In this document: piece after piece, positions 54,725 to 63,071 of the stretch
How the letters are laid out: every line of letters begins with the position of its first letter
How positions within the stretch are numbered: position 1 is the stretch's first letter
The notes under the pieces: generated by a model
Database searches by the model: none
Told to the model about the DNA's origin: nothing
What the model saw: only the letters and a program-made list of their open reading frames with translations
Translations under genes and position numbers: made by a program
Assembly (NCBI GenBank): GCA_013239625.1
Contig: MU053994.1
Coordinates: forward strand, 248,001 to 311,071
Direction: 5' to 3'
Length of the DNA stretch: 63,071 nt
Origin: Lama guanicoe
Lineage: Eukaryota

Positions 54725-55525
54725 ATATATTTTTATTTAAGTATAGTCAGTTTATAATGTTGTATCAATTTCTGGTATACAGCATAATGTTTCAGTCATA
54801 CATGAACATACATATATTCGTTTTCATATTCTTTTTCACCATAACTTACTATAAGATACTGAATATAGTTCCCTGTGCTATACAGCATGAAATTGTTGTT
54901 TATCTATTTTATATATACTGGTTAGTATCTGCAAATCTCAAACTCCCAATTTATCCCTTCCTACCCTTTCCTCCCATGGTAACCATAAGTCTGTTTCTGT
55001 TTTGTAAATAAGTTTGTTTGTCTTTTTTTTTTTAAGATTCCATATACAAGTGATATCATATGGTATTTTTCTTTCTCTTTCTGGCTTACTTCATTTAGAA
55101 TGACAATCTCCAGGTCCATCCATGTTGCTACAAATGGCATGCTTTTATTCCTTTTTATGGCTGAGTAGTATTCCATTGTATAAATATACCACCTCTTCTT
55201 TATCCAGTCATGTTGATGGACATTTAGGCTGTTTCCATGTTTTGGCTATTGTAAATAGTGCTGCTATGAACATTGGGGTGCAGGTTTCTTTTTGAATTAG
55301 AGTTCCCTCCAGATATATGCCTAGGAGTGGAATTGCTGAACCAGATGGTAAATCTATTCCTAGTCTTTTGAGGAATCTCCACACTGTTTTCCACAGTGGC
55401 TGCACCAAACTGCATTCCCACCAGCAGTGTAGGAAGGTTCCCTTTTCTCCACACCCTCTCCAGCATTTGTCATTTGTGGACTTTTGAATGATGGCCATTC
55501 TGACTGGCGTGAGGAAATACCTCAT
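54725..55525 (-). mobile_element. L1 3' end (ORF2 C-terminus plus 3' UTR)
   Basis: ORF 55208-55525 [54 protein letters not shown] is the ORF2 cysteine-rich C-terminus. Confidence 0.95.
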
Positions 55526-56084
55526 TCTCTCCCCCTTTTAACTTCACCACCTTGTATGAGGGGCACCAATCATGGCTAATATTTCTGGTTTCAAGTGGCT
55601 GCATGACCAACTTGTTCTCACATTAGAATGACACCATGATTGATGGGTTGCCTCTGTGTGTCAAGCAGCATATTTTAAACTGCTCATATATTACATTTAT
55701 ATGGACCCTGTGATTACCAGTGTAATGTCACCACGGGGATGAATCTATGTGGTGTTGTACAATTATGGGAGATGAGAGACTCCTTCAAAGCCGCTCTGGA
55801 GGCTTTCTAGTTTTTTAATGCATGTTTTTCATTTTATATTCACAACTCTTAATTTCTATTTTCCCTACTTGTGCTTTCCAAAGTTATAAGAAGATCCCAG
55901 GTAACTCTATAATCCTTATTAGTACTTTTGTTACCCATGAGACTAAATGCTACATACAACCACTTGACCCCCAGTGCTTTGCCCTCCACATACATCTCAC
56001 CCTCTGGTGATAATATGAGTAATCATGATGTCACTTCATGCCATGAATTACTCATCCCCTGTGATTCTCAGCAAGAAGATTATC

Positions 56085-56556
56085 CATGGATAATGGACTA
56101 CTGCTCAGCCATAAAAAAGAATAAAATAATGCCATTTGCAGCAACATGGATGGACCTCGAGATTACTATACTAAGTGAAGTAAGTCAAAGACAAATACTA
56201 TATATCATCTATATATGAAATCTAAAAAAAAATGACATAAATGAACTTATTTACAAACCAGAAACAGACTCATAGACATAAAAAACAAATTTATGGTTGA
56301 CAGAGGGGAAAGGGGTGGGGAGAGATAAACTGGGAGTTCGAGATTTGCAGATACTAACTGCTACATGTAAAATAGATAAACAACAAGGTCCTTCTGGATA
56401 GCACAGGGAACTATATTCAATACCTTGTAATAGCCTGTAATTAAAAAGAATATGAAAAGGAGTATATATATGTGTGTGTGTATACAAATGAATCACTATT
56501 CTGTACATCAGAAATGAACACAACAGTGTAAATAGACTATACTTCAAGAAAAAAAA
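56085..56556 (+). mobile_element. L1 3' end
   Basis: MDYCSAIKKNKIMPFAATWMDLE.., 3' UTR and A tail. Confidence 0.9.
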
Positions 56557-56599
56557 TGAAGATGAAGCAATAAAAAAATTTAGGCCAATAACTGAGAAA

Positions 56600-57860
56600 A
56601 TTAGTCACCAGAAGTACACTTTGAGAAATACAAAAATCTATTCTTTTGGCAAAAGACAAATAATCCTAGGTAGAAATTTGGGCAAAATAGACAAAAATGA
56701 AGAGTAATTAAAGGAGTAAATTTGTGGAAAAATTTAATGATTATCAACTCTATAACACAATAATGTAATGTCTTATGGAGTTTAATAGATATGTCAAATT
56801 AAAATACAGGTTAACAGTATAAGATGGGAGGAAAATTAATCGAGTTAAAATGTTCAAAGACCTTCATTGTCAATGAAGTGGGTAAAAGTATCGACTTATA
56901 TTTTGAGAAATCAAGGATGCATTATGCATTAGGTAAGCAATAAAGGAAAAGCTAAAAGCTGTGTAACTAATACAAGGTAATAGAGTGGGGAAATGGAATA
57001 ATAAAAACACTCAACTCAAAAGAAGGGGAAAAAGGAAAGGAAAAAAATAACATAGTATAGATGGGACAAATAGGCACCAAATAGTAAGATAATATATTTT
57101 AACCTCAATATATCGTAATTATGATAAATGTAAATAACTCACATATTTCATTTAAAAGGCCAAAGGCAAAACATTACTTTGCTGTTTACCAAAGACGTAA
57201 AAAATATCAGGAATGGAGATAAGTTGAAAGTAAAATGATGGAAAAAGATATAGCATGCAACATTATCCATTATTATATATATGTATATATATTAATATAA
57301 GGCATATATATCAATATCAGATAAAGTAGGCTCTAAAGCAAAAAAAAATTACTAGCAGAAAAGACACATTTCGTAATGATGAAAGAAAAAGTCAATTCAA
57401 TAGGTAGAGATAACTGTCCTATATTTGTAGGCATTTAACAAATCACCTCAAAACACAAGGAGTAAAAATTAATAGAATTAAAAATTAATAGAATTAAAAT
57501 TCATTATTGTATGGCAGATTTTAACACCACTCCCTCAACAAGTGACACAGAAGCTGGCAAAAGCATTCAGGAGATTTGAACAACTTGATGAACGCATTTT
57601 ATCTAATTGACACGTGTAGAACTCTGAATGCAACAACTGCAGAATACTTATTCTTTTCTTTTTTCTTTTCTTTTTCTTGTTTTGGCTGGGGGAGGTAATT
57701 AGGTTTATTTATTTTTAGAGGAGGTACTGGGGATTGAACCCAGGACCTTTGAATCCAGGACCTCGTGCATGCTAAGCATGCACGCTAATGCTTGAGCTAT
57801 ACCCTCCCCCTCAGAATACTTATTCTTGTCAGGTACAAACAGAACTTTATATGAACTAGA
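56600..57860 (+). mobile_element. Very degenerate old L1 (ORF1 end to ORF2 endonuclease region)
   Basis: A-rich sequence with atatcagataaagtagg, gcagattttaacacc and caacaactgcagaatac, resembling endonuclease-coding L1 DNA. Confidence 0.65.
57656..57811 (-). mobile_element. tRNA-derived SINE (vic-1-like)
   Basis: 16-bp TSD cagaatacttattctt at 57640-57655 and 57812-57827. Confidence 0.92.
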
Positions 57861-58260
57861 TTATCTTGCAGGGGAAATTTAATCAGCATTATTAGTATGA
57901 ACAATGATTGCAATATGGTGATAGATATTATGCCTATGTGTTTTGTAGCTGACGGTCCTTCCATTTCAAATCAGAGAAACATATACTCCCATCAGAAACC
58001 TTTTCTAGAATTAGGAAGTATTAACTTTACTGCAGAACTCTTCCTCTCTGAAAACTAGAGTTCATTTTTCAAGTTACAAGGTACCACTTTGGGAACGAAA
58101 AATTCTGTATACTTGATAAGACACTTAAAATCACAGTCATTAACACTCTCACTAGTAGAGCATCATATGTTATGTAAATGTTGGTGGAACTCTCCAATTT
58201 GTAATGCTAACCCTGCTTCCCTATAGGTTCTGTTTTGGGTATCTGCTTCTACAATTCTTT

Positions 58261-58750
58261 TGATACAGTTAAAAAGTGGATCGAGAGGATGGCCATGGCC
58301 CAGGTCTCAGTTGAGTCCCTGGGACGTGCCCCACCAAGTGTGCGTCCTTGGCTTCGCGCAGGAAAGAATTTAAGAGCAAGCCTCAGTTGAGAAAAGGTAC
58401 ATTTATTCAGAGAGATACATACTCCATCGACAGAGTATAGGGTGTCTCAGAAGGCAACAGAAAGGCCATGAGGTGTGGGGGTTAGGTGCTCAAAGTAAAA
58501 GTAAATACAGACTCCATAGACAGAGTGCGGTCCATCTCACTCAGAAGGGAGAGTGGCCAGGAGGCAAGGTGTTGCTAGTTTTCATGAGCTTGGTAACTTC
58601 ATATGCTAACAAGTGGGAGGATTATTCCAACTACTTTGGGGAAGTGGAAGGGATTCCCAGGAATTGGGCCATCACCTACCCTTTGACCTTTTATGGTCAG
58701 CCTTAAAACAGTCGTGGCACCTGTGGGAGTACCATTTAGCATGCTATTGT
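58261..58750 (-). mobile_element. ERV1-type LTR fragment
   Basis: tgatacag start, ccttggcttcgcgcaggaaagaatt, tttatt (minus-strand AATAAA), ctttgaccttttatggtcagcc. Confidence 0.65.
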
Positions 58751-60984
58751 ATTTCCTGAAAGTCAGATGATTGAAAAGAAAACAGTTTTTTTTTTTTAAA
58801 GAAAACGGTGTTGAGGCCAAGATCTAAGTAACAAGCAAGATCCTCCCCTACTTGGTACGTCCTTTAAATCCCACTGTGGGTGTCAAAGCCAGGGGAGGGG
58901 TGGATTTCTAGGAGTACAGAAACTTTGTATTAGTGTCACACCTGGGCGACAGTGTTTTTATCAGATTCTAGGATTTTGACTTGATGTCTTTCCCTGTCTT
59001 GTTGGTATATTGGTGTTCTGGGGTATGAGTGAAAAAGGATAGCTGAGTACAAAGCCTCGCGTTACTGCACTATGATGAGCGCACTGGGGGGGTTGGGGTG
59101 GGGAATTAAGTAGGCACCAAGGGAGGAAAAAAAAAGACTTTTCCATGCAAGTTGACCCCTTTCCTCCAAGCTCATAGATTCTGTATGAGACGTCTATCTC
59201 TTTTTCCTGCCCTTGTCTCTGTGTGAATTTTTATTATGATTCAGTACTTGTTCATGCAGCTAAAAGTGAAGTTACAGTGATGTGGCTGGTATGCTCTGCT
59301 CATCCACACAATTGCAACAATAAGAATGTTTGGAGCTAAGGTTTGGAGGATTCATTCATTTGTGTGTTTTGGTCCCCTCTGCTCCTGCCATTTCTAGCAA
59401 AGGTAGTAATTTTTGAACCATTTATTTAGCTAAAAATTCTACTCATGTCATGGGTGATCCATGCCCCGTCTCATCCACAAATTACAAACTTGAAACCAAT
59501 CTCAAGACTCAGCGTATTTCCTTCCATCACAGAGAAAAAAAAAATCTGTTTCTTATTTAGTGTCTTTCAGTGGAAAAAAATACTGATCTTTTTGATTCAG
59601 GGTATATCATCTGACCCTGTTGTCTGTTACAGTGCTTTATTGCACTGGTGGGAGCTATAAACTGGTTAAAAAATAAATGTACTTCATGAATCCGCTATAC
59701 TGATTTAGGGAAAGAACAGGTGCAAAGAGACCAATTAAGTCTCACCCAGCTCTTAATTTCTGTGATTCTTCTAAACCATGTCTCATGAAGGACATTTCCT
59801 GATGAGTTTGAAGGACTGGAGTAAGGTATTTACCAGCATAAAATGCCTTCATTAAGTTTAGTCATTTTGCTCATCAAAAATCTGCAGCCTTATCAGAGGA
59901 AATCATTCATTGTCAAAGTTTATATGCTAATGACCCTTTTCATAGTCCAAGCACATTATAAATATTTATTCATAGGCCAGATGAGAACTGTTAAAGTGGT
60001 TAATTTTAAAACAACTTTTGTACAGGGAGAAAATAACACTGAATATGAACAAAATGAGCATTTACGTCATGGTTTCCACATAATAAAGCATTTCCTAAGC
60101 ACTAGTACTAATCATGCATGTTGATTCAACACATCATATAGGCCTGGTTTTTAAATGCCTAATCAGATATAAACATATATAGTTTGACCTCAGTCAACCT
60201 TAAGAGATGGTGGGTAGATTTCTTATGGCGACAGTCATCATTATATTCCATCCTCCTTAGGTAAAGACATGGATGACACAGATGTTGAACACAGCGCTGA
60301 AGCAGCATGATTAAGCACATTTCTTCTTCCTTTATTCCAAGGTATAAGAATTAATAATTGGCCCTGACTAAAATGTTCAAGGCTCAACTGTCTCCTTGCA
60401 GACACAGACAAGAATGTGGAGAAAAATAAAAGCTTTTTATAGAGGGTTTTCTGCCTACATAGTCTTCATTCTGTTTCAGCCCTAGTTAATGTTGGATGGA
60501 GTGTGAGATTCAGAGCCTGGAGATTGCCAGCCACTATGGGGAGGACATAAGGCCACTGTGGCAGGAATTTGTTCAAATGTGAAGGAGACCCTCTCTGGGG
60601 GCTTTCTACTAGAGGCTTCTCTCCTGGAGTCATTTTGGAATTCGGCTTTTAGCTATTTCCTTTAGAAATCATCACAAAATGAAGAAAGCTATGGTTTCCT
60701 TTGGTTCTTTGTTGACTAACAGTTCAATACAGCTGAACACTTGAATTGATCCAACTCATCTGCCTTTTCTCTACCTACATCCAGGCTGGTGGGGAAGTCC
60801 TTCAGTGAACAGAGGGGACCTCTGAAACTCCGTGGTCTCTATCCACAGTGGGGTTTTCGGAACAGCAGGGAAAACCTCTGGATAGTTCTCTGGTCTCCTC
60901 AGCTCTGGTTCTCTCCCATGGCCGTTACAAACATTCTCCCACTCACCATTCTAACAACTTGATGTTTGGCCTTTTTTTCTTTTT

Positions 60985-61120
60985 CTTTTTTTTAATTGAA
61001 GTATAGTCACTTTACAATGTTGTGTCAATTTCTGGTGTACAGTATAATAGTTCAATCATACATATACATACATATATTCATTTTCATATTCTTTTTCATT
61101 ATAGGTTACTAGAAGATATT
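60985..61120 (-). mobile_element. Short L1 3' end
   Basis: T tail plus aattgaagtatagtcactttacaatg... Confidence 0.8.
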
Positions 61121-62412
61121 CATTAACTTGAGATGTCTGTTTTTTCTTTAAGCAGTAATCTTTTGATGTTCGACTACCTGTTTGTTTTTTTTTTTTCAAG
61201 AACTCTTATACATCCTGGCTCCTCCCTTACCTCTTGGGATCAGTCCCCCAGAGCTATCTTAGAGACTGTATCATGAGTTTGATTTCTAAGTACTGCCCCA
61301 AATAAAACATAACATTTACGTTGCGTTGTTTTCAATTGACAGTTGACCAATCTAAGGACCCCAAGCAGACTTCTCTCCTTCACCTGAACTCCACAAGGAA
61401 CCTGAGCCTTGGTACCAGCAGAGGCCTCTCATGCCCACTGGCCTCCTCAGAGAGTCCAGATGAATTTAGGTGAGTCTCTCCTGGTTCTCAGATCTCCTGA
61501 TTATTGGCTGATGATCCTGAGTTTTATTTGGTGGTGTATAACAGGTGCCTGCCTCCCCAGTTGAAAGACACTGAGACCACTGGACTAGGTAGGATTAGGT
61601 GAGAGGCTGGTCTAACATCTTTCCTAAATGAGGGGCATCAAAAGGCCAGCCTCCAACTAACACTCCAGCTGTTGCCAAACACAAGTTTATGTGCCTGACA
61701 CACAGTGAGGCCAAACAAACCAAAACAGTAGAATTTGGAGCAAAGAAAGGTTTATTGCAGGGTCAAGCAAGGAGAACAGATGGGTTGTGCTCAAAAACCC
61801 TGAACTCTCTGTTAGTGCTTTGAATCATTATTAAGAAATATCCCAGCCAGACGATATGGATCCTTTAAATTGGAGAAACTTCTAAATTTGGTAAATTTTT
61901 ATAGAGCTCTCATTATGACAGCAATTTCATTGGTACCAAGCTAAAAACCAAGTTAGGTGAGAAAAATATGTATATACCATGGTTAACCTAAGAACTCCCT
62001 TAGTTTAAAACAACCACACACACATACAAAAAAGAAAGACAAAACAAAAAAACAGTTTGGGAAGCTTTATTTGTGGTCTCTGCTTTCCCTCAATAGGTCA
62101 TACAGATACTAATAAAAATATTAGGATAATTAATATTAATTAGGTCCATTAACAGGGAAGTAAGAAAAAATTGAAGGAAAGTCTGGAGACTTCTTCCCAA
62201 CAAGGTGGAAATTTTAAAAGGACTCATCCCAAATGGATACAGAAATCTTTAGATGGTTATTTTAAAATGGAATAAATAAAACAGACATTAATGGGTTTGA
62301 AACAAAAGGTTTTGATACAACACACCCTAAAGTTGGGTGGCCCAATGGGACCCCTTTATGGTCCCCAACATTAAAAAGGGCCCCAAACAAGTCTGCTCTT
62401 TTACCCCAGCTT

Positions 62413-62452
<40 letters not shown>

Positions 62453-63071
62453 CATTTTATATGTATGTATATATAGCTGAAAGAAAATTTAAATGTATTT
62501 AAATTATATATGTATTTAAATATATATATTTAAAGGGCTGGAAGAAAACTACACTGAGATACCTGACCAGAAAATATTTGGGGCAACAGGCCAATTAATG
62601 AAGTTTAAAAAAATTAACAAAAGGGTCTGAGTCCCTTGTCTCAACCGTCACTAGGGATCCCAAGACCTTTTTTACAAAAATAAATAAAATGGTCAGGATG
62701 AAAAGAAAGATTTCTGCACTCCTTAGAAGAACAAGTTTTGCTGATTCAGTCCTAATAGAAACTAAAATGAAAGGTATAAAATTTGATAGAATTAGATGAA
62801 AATTTATAAAAATTAGTATATTTAAGTGGGCTTTATATAAGATAGTTACATCTCTTTTGCCTAATTATATTGTGGGATAGACAGGTCTCACTGGGGAACG
62901 CTTCCCCTGCCTGGTATTATAAGACAGGGCATATGAATCTGCCCCTCAGGAAATATTAAACAAACTAAGGTAACCAACAGGATTACCTGAGTCCACACAA
63001 TATAAAATAAAAACTAGAAGTTAATATTCAAGGACTAATAAAAAACAATAGAGTTGTTTTTTTTTTTTTTT
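61121..63071 (+). mobile_element. Degenerate ERV: LTR 3' part (to ~61340) followed by internal sequence running off the window
   Basis: LTR-like ctcctcccttacctc...aaataaaac...ttgaca, then leader-like sequence; no intact ORF; a second LTR fragment is nested at ~61670-61810. Confidence 0.6.
62416..62449 (+). repeat. (GT)n microsatellite
   Basis: Directly visible. Confidence 0.95.

Noticed and set aside
60780..60945. Possible processed pseudogene or H2AP/HYPM fragment
   Set aside because: The translations I tried resemble no protein I recognise and show no histone-fold motif

Overview
Mammalian genomic DNA, probably camelid: four tRNA-Ala-derived SINEs resemble vic-1, and CYBB-DYNLT3 is the gene order known from the eutherian X chromosome. 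The window holds the last five coding exons of CYBB (NOX2/gp91phox, exons 9-13 by human numbering, + strand, stop at 7010-7012) and its ~2.4 kb 3' UTR. It also holds the complete five-exon DYNLT3 gene on the - strand (ATG 49244, stop 41169; 116 aa) with a CpG-island promoter. The genes converge across ~30 kb of repeat-rich DNA (L1, L2, MIR, MaLR/ERV LTRs, Tigger1, hAT elements), and the region upstream of DYNLT3 is an LTR/L1/ERV cluster. Both genes look intact with GT-AG junctions. I found no convincing new biological system. The best leads are a candidate IRF/PU.1 enhancer cluster downstream of CYBB, a 5'-intact but 3'-truncated L1, a nested L1 with deletion and inverted filler, a CTCF-like site between the genes, and a solo LTR pointing into DYNLT3. 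Repeat family names come from remembered consensus sequences, not a database search, and repeat boundaries are approximate unless TSDs or termini are quoted.
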